Shown piece by piece: positions 20,025 through 32,746 of a DNA stretch of 57,145 nucleotides. Made by a program: the position numbers and the translations under genes. Every line of letters starts with the position of its first letter. Within the stretch, counting starts at the first letter, position 1. The notes under the pieces are model-generated. The model worked only from the letters and a program-made list of their open reading frames with translations. It was not told the DNA's origin and made no database searches. Origin of the DNA: Clostridia bacterium (lineage in GTDB: Bacteria; Bacillota; Clostridia; TANB77; CAG-508); NCBI GenBank assembly GCA_022798895.1, contig JAAWNJ010000003.1, forward strand, positions 1 through 57,145. Direction: 5' to 3'.

Positions 20025-20102
20025 TTAGCAATTCATATTGACAACTGCTAAAAATGGATATAATATATAGAAAGTTTAGCAGTCAAAAACAAAGAGTGCT
20101 AA
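20025..20102 (+). promoter_or_regulatory. sigma-A promoter with CIRCE (20076-20102) and a second degenerate CIRCE (20025-20051)
   Basis: TTAGCAGTC-N9-GAGTGCTAA; TTAGCAATT-N9-AACTGCTAA overlapping TTGACA (20038-20043); TATAAT at 20059-20064. Confidence 0.9.
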
Positions 20103-20144
20103 TTAGGAGATGATTTTCAAGTATCCCTAAGGAAAGGGGGAACA

Positions 20145-21147
20145 TTGGAAGAAAGAAAGAAGAAAATATTACAAGCAATTATTGATGAGTACATCAGCAC
20201 TGCGGAACCAGTAAGTTCAGGAGCTTTAGTTAATAAATATGGACTAGATTGTAGTAGTGCTACTATACGAAATGAAATGTCTGAACTAGAAAGAATTGGA
20301 TACTTAGATAAACCACATACTTCTAGCCGGAAGAATTCCCTCAGCAAGAGGATATCGTTTCTATGTGGATGAACTCATTAAAGAAGATGATATTAGCTTA
20401 GAAGAAATTAGGTATATTCAGTCAAAGATGGAAACTAGAGTAAATGCCATAGAAGACTTAACAAAAATTGCGACAAATACTTTATCAGAAATAACTCATT
20501 ATACTTCAGTAGCAGTTGGACCAAAGGCAGGAATTCAAAACATTGAAGAAGTAAAATTCGTGTTATTAGGTACAAGAATGCTAATGGCAGTTATTCTTAC
20601 GGACACTGGAATTGTAAAAGAAACTATCATCAAATTTGACGAAGATATTACAGAAGATCAAGTAAATACATTAAACTTTATTTTTAATAATAAACTAAAA
20701 GGGAAACCATTAGAAGCAATAGATAAGCCACTAGAAGAATATATCTTTTCAGAGATGAATTATAGTTTAGAAGTAATAAAGCCAGTTATGGAACAATTAA
20801 ACAAAGTTATTCATGAAGAGTCAAAAGTATATCTAGAAGGTACTAACAAAGCTTTTGAACTTCCAGAGTTTAGAAGCTTAGAAGTAGCTAGAAATTTTAT
20901 TAACTTAATAGATACCAAAGAAATTGTATTAGATTTATTAAATACAGGATTTGCAAATGACATTAATGTCTATATTGGTGATGAACAGGAAAATGAACAG
21001 TTGAAAGACTTTAGTATTGTTACTTTTAAACACCGCTATCAAGATAAAGATCTAGGAACAATTGGTATTATAGGACCAAAAAGAATGGATTATTCTAAAG
21101 TAATTTCTGTTATGAAATATATTAGTAAAAAGCTGAATGGCGAATAG
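20145..21147 (+). CDS. hrcA: heat-inducible repressor HrcA, ~333 aa via a +1 shift at CGG 20328
   Basis: ILQAIIDEYI, SSATIRNEM, PHTSS|C|GRIPSARGYRFYVD, GIIGPKRMDY; first gene after CIRCE. Confidence 0.93.
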
Positions 21148-21248
21148 TGTCAGTTTAGGGACGTATCTTTAACTGACGCTTTGAGGGAAACAAAATTTAT
21201 TATAAATAATAAAAAGTGTTGGTTAAAGATACGTCCCTAAACTGACAC
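21147..21248. repeat. REP/REPIN-like palindromic element (family A)
   Basis: GTGTCAGTTTAGGGACGTATCTTTAAC ... GTTAAAGATACGTCCCTAAACTGACAC inverted repeat. Confidence 0.85.
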
Positions 21249-21271
21249 AAAGAAAGAGAGGGAAGAAAAAC

Positions 21272-23733
<2,462 letters not shown>

Positions 23734-23824
23734 GTCGCATGAAGCGGAGCGAGTTACGGATGACCTATGCAATCAAACAAAGTGAGATTGCATACCATGA
23801 AAAAATAAAAATGGGGGCAATTAA

Positions 23825-24481
23825 ATGAAGAAGGAAGATGATTTTATGCAAAATGCAACTTGCAGAGTAGACTATATTGCACAAAAATATAGTTATGCAG
23901 ATTTGCAAAAAATAGACGATGATAACCGCTATGAAATTATTGAAGGCAATTTATATTTAATGAGTGCTCCCACTGTAACACATCAACTAATAGCAGGTAG
24001 CATACATGCTCAATTATACAATTTTTTAATAGGAAAAACGTGTAAAGTATTTATACCACCAATTGATGTGGCACTTTCAAAGTATAACGAAGATAAGAAA
24101 ATTAAAAATATAGTACAACCAGATGTATTAGTTGTATGTGACCCTAAAAAAATAGAAAAGAAGAAAATATTTGGTGCACCTGATTTAATAGTAGAAGTAT
24201 TATCTACTGACAGAAGACATGATATGATGTATAAGTATAATCTTTATCAAAAATGGGGTGTCAGAGAATACTGGATGATAGACCCAGACGAGGGAATTAT
24301 CATGCCATATGTATTAAATGAAAATGGACTTTATGAGCAAATGGAACCATATGATTTAAGAGAAGAAGTCCCAGTAAAAGTTCTAAAGGGCTGTAAAATT
24401 TGCTTGAAAAGCTTATATGAAGAAAATAAAGAATTATTTGATAGAGTGCCAGAAAATTATGATCCTAAAGAAAAGAGATGA
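23825..24481 (+). CDS. Uma2-family (PD-(D/E)xK) endonuclease
   Basis: RYEIIEG..MSAP...HQ, VQPDVLVVCD, GAPDLIVEVLS, YQKWGVREYW. Confidence 0.9.
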   Translation: MKKEDDFMQNATCRVDYIAQKYSYADLQKIDDDNRYEIIEGNLYLMSAPTVTHQLIAGSIHAQLYNFLIGKTCKVFIPPIDVALSKYNEDKKIKNIVQPDVLVVCDPKKIEKKKIFGAPDLIVEVLSTDRRHDMMYKYNLYQKWGVREYWMIDPDEGIIMPYVLNENGLYEQMEPYDLREEVPVKVLKGCKICLKSLYEENKELFDRVPENYDPKEKR

Positions 24482-24535
24482 AATGTAAAAACAACAAGAA
24501 GGATAAGAAATAAGACATTTTAAATGGAGGAAGCT

Positions 24536-25688
24536 ATGGCAAAAAGAGACTATTATGAAGTACTTGGTGTAGATAAAAATGCAAGTGATGATGAGTTGAA
24601 AAAAGCTTATCGTCGCTTAGCTAAAAAATATCATCCAGATGCTAACCCTGATAATAAGGCAGAAGCAGAAACCAAGTTTAAAGAAGTAAATGAAGCTTAT
24701 GAGACATTATCTGATAGCCAAAAAAGAAGAATGTATGATCAGTTTGGACCAGAGGGACCACAAGGTTTTGGTGGAGGTAACCCATATGGAAATGGTACAT
24801 ATACATATTCAACAGGTTTTGACGGCTTTAGTGACTTTGGAGATTTAGGAGATATCTTTTCTTCCTTCTTTGGCGGAGGTTTTGGTGGTAGCCGAGGAGG
24901 TAGCAGACAAAATGGACCTAGAAAAGGAACTGATTTGCAATATGAGTTAGAAATTAGTTTTGAAGAATCTTTTTTAGGAACAGAAAGATATGTAACTATT
25001 AATCGTAAAGAAACTTGTCAGACTTGCCATGGTGAAGGTAGCAAGCCAGGAACACATCCAGAAACTTGTAGCGTTTGCCATGGAAGTCGGTCAAATTAAG
25101 CAGATTCAGACTACCATTTTAGGGCAAATGCAAACAATGAGAACCTGTACAAACTGCCATGGAACAGGAAAGATTATTAAAGAACCTTGTGAAACTTGTA
25201 AAGGAAAAGGTACAGTTCGTAATCAAGTAAGATTATCTGTGAAAATTCCAGCAGGAGTGGATGATAATCAAACAATTGTATTACGTGGAGAAGGTGAACC
25301 AGGAGAAAATGGTGGACCAAAAGGAGATTTATACTTAACTATTCATGTTAAAAAACATAAACTTTATACAAGAAAAGGAAACAATGTACTTTGTGAAATT
25401 CCAATTACCTTTACACAAGCAACACTAGGTGCAGAACTTCGTATTCCAATGGTAGATGGAACAGATGAAATGTATACGATACCAGATAGTACACAAACAG
25501 GAACAAAGTTTATTATCCGAGATAAAGGGTTCAAGGCTATTAATGGTAATGGTCAAGGAGATTTTATCTTTACAGTTCAAGTTCAAGTACCTAAGAAGTT
25601 AACTGCCGAGCAACGTGAGCTTTTATTACAACTTGCTAAAACCATGAATGAGCAACCACCAGTAAAGAAAAAGGGGATTTTTGGATAA
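24536..25688 (+). CDS. dnaJ: chaperone DnaJ, ~383 aa via a +1 shift at CGG 25088
   Basis: J domain with HPD, G/F region, four CxxCxGxG repeats; the second reads CSVCHGS|C|GQI. Confidence 0.95.
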
Positions 25689-25706
25689 TCATTAATAAAA
25701 TTATTA

Positions 25707-25856
25707 TTTTGTTTTTGATTATTGCTATAAGAACGTTTGACCTTGCTGTCCGTTGCTTTTGATTATAAATGAAATTAGAGAAAGCAACGGAAGGCACTCG
25801 CAAGCTCGTCTTGCGCGGTCTTCACTTTTCTTATAGTGATAATTGAAAAATAAAAA
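25707..25856 (+). ncRNA. putative structured intergenic RNA/repeat (family B, copy 1)
   Basis: Long closing stem with G-U pairs, GACC/GGTC, TCCGTTGCTTT/AAAGCAACGGA hairpin, AGGC..GTCT hairpin; homologous to 47097-47239. Confidence 0.6.
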
Positions 25857-25872
25857 ATGAAAGGAAAAAATT

Positions 25873-26442
25873 ATGAAAAAAGGACTTTTAATTACCCTAA
25901 TTGTAATTGCAGCCATTCTATTAATTGGTGGAATTACAGTAGTTTCTACTTATAACGGAATGCTTACCAAAAGTGAAGAAGTGGATGGAAAATTTGCAGA
26001 CATTGATAATCAATTACAAAGAAGAGCAAATTTAATACCAAATTTAGTCAATACAGTAAAGGGATATGCAAAACAAGAACAAGACATTGTAAATTCAGTA
26101 ACAGATGCAAGAAGTAAACTAGCAGGAGCAAAAACGATAGAGGATAAATCAAATGCAAATACAGAATTGACTAATGCTTTAAATCGTTTATTAGTAGTGG
26201 TTGAAAATTATCCAGATTTAAAATCTTCTCAAAACTATATGCAATTATCTGATGAATTAGCAGGAACTGAGAATAGAATTAGCCAAGCAAGGAGACAATA
26301 TAACGAGGCAGTCAAAGAATATAATTTAAGTATTCGTAAATTTCCAGCAAGTATCATTGCAGGTATATTCAATTTCGACAAGAAACCATACTTTGAAGCA
26401 GAAGAAGGAAGTAATAAAGTTCCGGAGGTTAATTTTGATTAA
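25873..26442 (+). CDS. lemA: LemA family protein
   Basis: QLQRRANLIPNLVNTVKGY, VVENYPDLK, LAGTENRI. Confidence 0.95.
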   Translation: MKKGLLITLIVIAAILLIGGITVVSTYNGMLTKSEEVDGKFADIDNQLQRRANLIPNLVNTVKGYAKQEQDIVNSVTDARSKLAGAKTIEDKSNANTELTNALNRLLVVVENYPDLKSSQNYMQLSDELAGTENRISQARRQYNEAVKEYNLSIRKFPASIIAGIFNFDKKPYFEAEEGSNKVPEVNFD

Positions 26443-26464
26443 AGAAGTTTTGAAAACAAATAAA

Positions 26465-27232
26465 ATGAAACATCAAAGAAAGAAAAGGCAAAGAATTTAT
26501 TTTGCCTTTTTTCTGCTACTATTCATTCTCATTTTGAGTAATATGACAAGTGTAACGCTTGCAGCCGTAGTAAGTCCAACATCAGATTTCTATGTCAATG
26601 ACAATGCAGGAGTTTTGACAAGAGAGACTAAGCAATATATCATGGATACAAATGTAGAACTTCAAAGAAAAACAGGAGCTCAAATTGTAGTAGTGACAGT
26701 AAAATCGTTAGATGGAATGAGTATTGAAGATTATGCGTATCAACTATTTAATAGTTGGGGCATTGGAGATAAAAATAAAGACAATGGACTGCTTTTACTA
26801 TGTTCTTACGGAGACAGGAAATTTCGTGTAGAAGTGGGGTATGGGCTAGAAGGAAAATTACCAGATGGTAAAACAGGAAGAATGCAAGATGAATATATTA
26901 TTCCATATTTAAGGCAAAATAACTTTGATGAAGGTATTAAAAATGGATACAGTGCTTTCTTAAAGGAAGTTGCAGAGGAATATGGGGTGACTATTACTGG
27001 ATCAGAAAAAGCTGTTCAAAAGGGTACTAGTTTTCAGTCAATAGAAATTGGGATTTATATGCTAGTTATGTTTTTCTTTATTTTCATTTCTATACGTTTT
27101 AGAGGTAGAGGAGGACCATTCATTTTCTTTGGTGGAGGCGGAGGTTTCCATGGGGGTGGCTTCTCTGGCGGTGGAGGTTTCCACGGAGGTGGAGGACACT
27201 CAGGTGGAGGTGGAAGTTCAAGAAGCTTCTAA
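26465..27232 (+). CDS. TPM-domain protein with Gly-rich tail
   Basis: YVNDNAGVL, AQIVVVTV, WGIG..DNGLL, RVEVGYGLEG; GGGG..SRSF tail; usual lemA neighbour. Confidence 0.9.
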   Translation: MKHQRKKRQRIYFAFFLLLFILILSNMTSVTLAAVVSPTSDFYVNDNAGVLTRETKQYIMDTNVELQRKTGAQIVVVTVKSLDGMSIEDYAYQLFNSWGIGDKNKDNGLLLLCSYGDRKFRVEVGYGLEGKLPDGKTGRMQDEYIIPYLRQNNFDEGIKNGYSAFLKEVAEEYGVTITGSEKAVQKGTSFQSIEIGIYMLVMFFFIFISIRFRGRGGPFIFFGGGGGFHGGGFSGGGGFHGGGGHSGGGGSSRSF

Positions 27233-27278
27233 CAGTTAAGAAGTAACTAACATCGCTTTTTTATATAATTTAGATAAG

Positions 27279-27315
27279 AAAAATCACTATTACAATGAGA
27301 AATAGTGATTTTTTG
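27279..27315 (+). terminator. intrinsic terminator
   Basis: AAAATCACTATT...AATAGTGATTTT plus T-run. Confidence 0.65.
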
Positions 27316-27490
27316 TTATATGACACACAAAAGTCTTAAAACCGTAAGCAAAATAGCTTAAAAATTTCTTAAAATACTTTTCATTTTGTTGAATATAGTA
27401 TATAATAAGGCTGTAAAAAACGAATTGACCAGTTCTAAAGGAATTGAGAATATTCGTGTATTTATGAAATAAGGATAGGAGGACATCCTA

Positions 27491-30196
27491 ATGGGAAATA
27501 AAGAGAGTGATAAAACAAAGCAATATAAAGTAAAAACAGAAAAACAAACAAAGGGAAATAAAGAGGGAAAGAAAAAAGGGAAAAAGAAGCACTCTAAACT
27601 TAAAAAGGCAATTTTGATTTGCTTTATTCTGATGCTTTTAGCAGGGCTAACAGGAGTAGGAATTGTAGCAGGAATTTTCCTAAGTGATAAATGGACTCTA
27701 ACAAGAGAAGAATTAATTGCAAACGAGAATACAGTAGTACTAGACTCAAAGGGAAAGCAAATTGCAGTTCTTTCAGCCTCTGAGGGAAGTGTAAATAGAA
27801 AACTAGTAACCCTTGATAAAATGGGAAAATATACAGCAGATGCTTATGTAGTAATAGAAGATAAGAGATTTTATGAACATGATGGTGTGGATATTTTAAG
27901 AACAGGAAAAGCTACAATTAGTTATTTATTACATAAAGCAGATGGTTCTAGCGTTGGTGGTGGAAGTACCATTACCCAACAATTGGTAAAGAATTTAATG
28001 TCTGATGATGCAGGAAGTGGGAGAGAAGGAATTGAGAGAAAAATCCGTGAGATGTCAAGAGCATATCATTTAGAAAAAATATTGAATAAACAAGAAATTC
28101 TAGAAAAATACTTAAATGTTATCTTCGTAGGAGGGAATGAACTTCATGGTGTGGAATATGGAGCACAATATTATTTTGCAAAATCAGCAAAAGACTTAGA
28201 TTTAGCAGAATCTTGCTTTTTAGCAGGTATTAACCATTCACCAAATGCATATAATCCATATAATGAAGAACTAGACAATAGCGAGAAAATTAAAACAAGA
28301 ACAAAATTTGTATTGGACTTGATGAAAGAGCAAAACAAGATAAGTGATAATCCAGAAGAAGCTGAAAAAACATATAATGAGGCAGCAGAGAAAATAGAAA
28401 AAGGTTTCAAATTTAAAAAAGGAAAATTTGAATTTGGAAATATGAATTCATATTTCGTAGAAGAAGCTGTTAGAGAAGCAACTCGTGACTTAGCAAAAGA
28501 GAAGAAAATTAGTTATGATGAAGCAGATAGTATCATTAGAGGTGGAGGATATAAATTATATACAACACAAGACTCTACTATTCAAAAAACTGTAGTAAGT
28601 GAAATGGCTAAAAAAAGCTATGTAGAATCAAGAACTGCTACATGGTATAATGGAAAGAAAAATGTTACGAAAAAAGTTCAAACACAATCAGGAATGACAA
28701 TTATTGATTTTAAAACTGGTAAAGTAGTTGCAATGGGAGGAGCTTTTGGAAGTGATGTAGGAACAAATAATAATTATGCTATGACAGAAAGACAAACAGG
28801 TTCTTCTATTAAACCTTTGGCAAATGTTTCAACAGGGCTAGAAGAAAAGGTAATTCAAGCTTCTACTGTGTATGAAGATACAACTACTGAATTTGCAGGA
28901 GTAAATGGTGGTAGAAGTTATAGACCAAAAAATGCAGGTGGATATCAAGGATTATGTACGGTTAGAAAATCAATAGAGGTTTCTTCTAATATTGTTAACA
29001 TCAAAATTCTTTCTAATATTGGAGCTAAAACAGTAGTTGACTATTTACACTCTTTTGGTTTGAGTACATATACTGTGGAAGAAGATGGTGTATTATCATT
29101 AGCAATTGGTGGTGCAAGTCATGGTTCAAGTACTTTACAAATGGCAGCAGCATATGCAGCACTTGCCAATGATGGTGTATATATCGAGCCTACTTTCTAT
29201 ACTAAATTAGTAAATGCTGATGGAGAAACCATATTAGAGTCAAAACAAGAAAAGCATAGAGTGATTTCAGCAGCAAATGCATATATTGTAAAACAAATTA
29301 TGATGGATGTTGTAACAGGCGCACAAGGAACAGCAAATGAATGCTATATGGCAAATTTTGATGTAGCAGCTAAAACTGGTACAACAGAAAATGATGGTGA
29401 CACATGGCTTTGTGGAATTACGCCATATTATGCAGCCACAACTTGGAACGGATTCCCAGAAAGTAACAGTATTCCATTATATAATGTGGGAAATGCAAGA
29501 AAACTTTGGGCTAATGTTATGAAATCTGTTCATAAGAATAAAAAAGCAGCTAGGTTTAAGAAACCTAATAATGTAGTGACAAAGAGTGTATGTAGAACTT
29601 CAGGAAAATTAGCAACCAAAAACTGCACAAGCACTTATACAGAGTACTTTACAGAAGATAATTTACCAAAGGCTTGCGATGGACATGAGGCAGAGAAAAT
29701 CTGTAAAGAAACAGGAAAATTAGCAAATGAATATTGCCCAGAGGTAGAAGAAAAAGTATTTGCTAAACAACCAGAAAAAGAGCAAAATGCTGGATGGAAA
29801 GTGATTGGAAAAAAAGATAAATATAGTGTTCCTACTGAAAAATGTACAAAACATAATGAAGAAACCAATAAAGTGGTAGTAGAAAATGTAGTTGGAAAAA
29901 CTGAAACAGAAGCAAGAACGCTACTTGCAGGACTCACCATTACGGTAATAGAAGGTCATGATGCTACTTTAGCAGATGGAATAGTATTAACACAAAGTAT
30001 AGAAGCAGGAACAAAGGTAGAAAAAGGAGTAGCTATTACTATTACAGTAAATAAGATAACCACGACAGATCCAGGAGGAGATAATTCAGGTGATAATACT
30101 ACAACTCCACCTAGTGGTGGAGATAATCCGGGAGGAGATGGAACAAATCCTGGAGGGAATACAACAACTCCAGGTGGAACAAATCCAACACATTAG
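27491..30196 (+). CDS. class A penicillin-binding protein (transglycosylase/transpeptidase) with PASTA domain
   Basis: EDKRFYEHDGVD, GSTITQQLVKN, SSIK, SSN and KTG motifs; PASTA and low-complexity G/P/T/N tail. Confidence 0.95.
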   Translation: MGNKESDKTKQYKVKTEKQTKGNKEGKKKGKKKHSKLKKAILICFILMLLAGLTGVGIVAGIFLSDKWTLTREELIANENTVVLDSKGKQIAVLSASEGSVNRKLVTLDKMGKYTADAYVVIEDKRFYEHDGVDILRTGKATISYLLHKADGSSVGGGSTITQQLVKNLMSDDAGSGREGIERKIREMSRAYHLEKILNKQEILEKYLNVIFVGGNELHGVEYGAQYYFAKSAKDLDLAESCFLAGINHSPNAYNPYNEELDNSEKIKTRTKFVLDLMKEQNKISDNPEEAEKTYNEAAEKIEKGFKFKKGKFEFGNMNSYFVEEAVREATRDLAKEKKISYDEADSIIRGGGYKLYTTQDSTIQKTVVSEMAKKSYVESRTATWYNGKKNVTKKVQTQSGMTIIDFKTGKVVAMGGAFGSDVGTNNNYAMTERQTGSSIKPLANVSTGLEEKVIQASTVYEDTTTEFAGVNGGRSYRPKNAGGYQGLCTVRKSIEVSSNIVNIKILSNIGAKTVVDYLHSFGLSTYTVEEDGVLSLAIGGASHGSSTLQMAAAYAALANDGVYIEPTFYTKLVNADGETILESKQEKHRVISAANAYIVKQIMMDVVTGAQGTANECYMANFDVAAKTGTTENDGDTWLCGITPYYAATTWNGFPESNSIPLYNVGNARKLWANVMKSVHKNKKAARFKKPNNVVTKSVCRTSGKLATKNCTSTYTEYFTEDNLPKACDGHEAEKICKETGKLANEYCPEVEEKVFAKQPEKEQNAGWKVIGKKDKYSVPTEKCTKHNEETNKVVVENVVGKTETEARTLLAGLTITVIEGHDATLADGIVLTQSIEAGTKVEKGVAITITVNKITTTDPGGDNSGDNTTTPPSGGDNPGGDGTNPGGNTTTPGGTNPTH

Positions 30197-30237
30197 TACT
30201 ATAGTATAGAAATTGAAAATGAAGGAGAGACTAACTT

Positions 30238-31638
30238 ATGCCAATTCAATTTTATAATACCCTAACAAGACAAAAGGGAGAATTTAAACCATTAGAAGGA
30301 AATACGGTCCGCATTTATTCATGCGGGCCAACCGTGTATAGTTATGCCCATATTGGTAACTTTAGGGCATATATTTTTATGGACACTTTAAGAAGAGTAT
30401 TGCAATACAATGGATATGAATTAAATCATGTTATGAATATTACTGATGTAGGGCACTTAGAATCTGATAGCGATGAAGGCGAAGACAAAATGGAAAAAGC
30501 AGCAAGAAAAGAAAACAAAGACCCTTATGAAATTGCTAAATATTATACAGAAATTTTCTTTAAAGATATGGAAAGACTTCAAATACAAAGACCAGAAACA
30601 ATTGCTAAAGCAACAGAGCACATTCCAGAAATGTTAGAATTCGTACAAGGATTAGTAAAAAATGGATATGCCTATGAAACTAGTAGAGGTATCTATTTTG
30701 ATATTTCAAAATTAGATAAATATCCAGTATTATCTAACAGAAATATTGATGAACAAATTGCAGGTGCAAGAGTAGATGTAGATGAGGAAAAAAGAAATCC
30801 ATATGACTTTGCTTTGTGGATTAAAGCACCAGAAACACATATTATGAAATGGGAAAGTCCTTGGGGATTATCTTATCCAGGATGGCACATTGAGTGTAGT
30901 GCAATGGGAAGAAAATACTTAGGGGATGAGTTTGACATTCATACAGGTGGAATTGACCACATTCCAACACACCATGAAAATGAAATTGCACAAAGTAAAG
31001 GGCTAACAGGTAAAGTACCAGCAAAATGCTGGATGCATGTGGAATTCTTACAAGTAGATGGCGGAAAAATGTCCAAATCATTAGGAAATACCTATACTTT
31101 AGACCAATTGCAAGAAAAAGGAATAGAGCCATTAGCATATAAACTATTTTGTTTTACAGCACATTATCGTACAAAATTAAATTTTACATTTGATACAGCT
31201 TTAGCTACGCAAACAGCATTAAACCGTTTGAGAGAAGGCTTTTTGAAACATCAAGAAGGAACGATTGACATTTCAAATGAAAAAATAAAAGAATATGAAG
31301 ATAAATTTTTGGCAACAATAAATGATGACTTGAATATGCCAGCAGCTATGGGAATTGTATGGGAAATTATTAGAAATCAAGAAAAATCAAAACAATATGC
31401 AAAACTTTTATTAAAATTTGATAAGGTTTTAGGATTAGATTTAGAGAATAGTAAACAATATCTAGAAGAAGCAAAACAAATAGAATTGCCAGAAGAGATT
31501 GCAGAATTATTAGAAAAGAGAAAACAAGCAAGAGAAAATAAAGATTGGAAAATAGCTGATCAAATTCGTGACCAATTAAAAGAAAAAGGATATAGTGTAA
31601 AAGATACTAAAGAGGGAATGACAGTAGAAAAGATATAG
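30238..31638 (+). CDS. cysS: cysteine--tRNA ligase
   Basis: CGPTVY, HIGN, PGWHIECS, KMSKS. Confidence 0.98.
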   Translation: MPIQFYNTLTRQKGEFKPLEGNTVRIYSCGPTVYSYAHIGNFRAYIFMDTLRRVLQYNGYELNHVMNITDVGHLESDSDEGEDKMEKAARKENKDPYEIAKYYTEIFFKDMERLQIQRPETIAKATEHIPEMLEFVQGLVKNGYAYETSRGIYFDISKLDKYPVLSNRNIDEQIAGARVDVDEEKRNPYDFALWIKAPETHIMKWESPWGLSYPGWHIECSAMGRKYLGDEFDIHTGGIDHIPTHHENEIAQSKGLTGKVPAKCWMHVEFLQVDGGKMSKSLGNTYTLDQLQEKGIEPLAYKLFCFTAHYRTKLNFTFDTALATQTALNRLREGFLKHQEGTIDISNEKIKEYEDKFLATINDDLNMPAAMGIVWEIIRNQEKSKQYAKLLLKFDKVLGLDLENSKQYLEEAKQIELPEEIAELLEKRKQARENKDWKIADQIRDQLKEKGYSVKDTKEGMTVEKI

Positions 31639-31649
31639 CAATTAGAAAG

Positions 31650-32729
31650 GTGGAAGTAAGAAAAGTGGAAGAGGAAAACAAAATCTCATTTTGGAAGAAA
31701 ATAAAAATTAGTATTTTCGGATTAGAAGAATATCAAAAATTAGCAATACAAAAAGTAGGAAGTTCTATTGGGTATTTAGCCAAATTAATGTTGATTTTTG
31801 TTTTCCTTATTTCACTTGTGATTACATGGAATTTCGCAAAAGTTGTAAATCAAGTAAGTTCTTATATAGAAAATGAGATTGCAGAAATTCATTTTGAAGA
31901 AAATACATTAATGGTAAAGCCAAAAGATGAAGGAAATCAAGCTATTATAGCAGAAGAAGATGAATTATTAAATGGAAAGATAATCATAGACACAGGGGAC
32001 CTAAATGAAGAACAGGTAACAAAATATGAAGAAGCTGTAAAAGGTTATAGCAATGGGATGATCATTTTAAAAGATAAAATAATATTCAAAACAGGAATAA
32101 CAGCTATGTCAACTACAATGTCTTATCAAGATATTAGCCAAAGATATCATATTGTAAAATTGGACAAGCAAGATATTACAAACATGCTATCAGGAACTAT
32201 GATATGGACAATTTATATTACATTTTTCATTACTATGGCTATTTACCTATTTATCATATATTTTTCTACAGTTTTGGTAGATGCTTTGTTATATTCTATC
32301 CTAGGCTATATCACAGGAGTTTTCTCAAGATTGAGATTAAAATATAGTGCAACATATAATATTGCAGTCCATAGCTTAACACTTCCTATTATTTTAAATC
32401 TTGTGTATATGATAGTAAATCAGTTAACAGGATATACGATTCAATATTTTAGTATTATGTATATGGCAATTACTTGTATTTATATTATTACCTCAATTTT
32501 AATGATTAAATCAGATATGATAAAACAACAAATGGAATTATCAAAGATTATTTCAGAACAAGAGAAAATTAAACAAGAATTAGCAAGACAAGAACAAGAG
32601 AAAAAAGAGGAAGAAGAGAGAGAAAGAGTTCGCAGGGAGGACGAAAAGAAAAGACAAGAAGAGAAAAAAGAGGAAAAACGTAAAGCTAGAGATGAGAACC
32701 ATCCACAGCCAGAGGCAAATATAAGGTAA
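31650..32729 (+). CDS. DUF1189-like multi-pass membrane protein with charged tail
   Basis: TM, extracellular domain, three to four TMs, E/K/R-rich C-terminus. Confidence 0.65.
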   Translation: MEVRKVEEENKISFWKKIKISIFGLEEYQKLAIQKVGSSIGYLAKLMLIFVFLISLVITWNFAKVVNQVSSYIENEIAEIHFEENTLMVKPKDEGNQAIIAEEDELLNGKIIIDTGDLNEEQVTKYEEAVKGYSNGMIILKDKIIFKTGITAMSTTMSYQDISQRYHIVKLDKQDITNMLSGTMIWTIYITFFITMAIYLFIIYFSTVLVDALLYSILGYITGVFSRLRLKYSATYNIAVHSLTLPIILNLVYMIVNQLTGYTIQYFSIMYMAITCIYIITSILMIKSDMIKQQMELSKIISEQEKIKQELARQEQEKKEEEERERVRREDEKKRQEEKKEEKRKARDENHPQPEANIR

Positions 32730-32746
32730 AAGGAGAGAAAACTACA

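Noticed and set aside
26357-26464. In-frame CGG at 26423 in the ORF-track N-terminus of the TPM gene
   Set aside because: It lies upstream of the probable start (26465) and inside lemA, where it is out of frame (CCG GAG), so it is not a counterexample.
30060-30196. GGDN/PGG/NTTT repeats at the PBP C-terminus and the Gly-rich TPM tail
   Set aside because: Ordinary low-complexity tails for these families.
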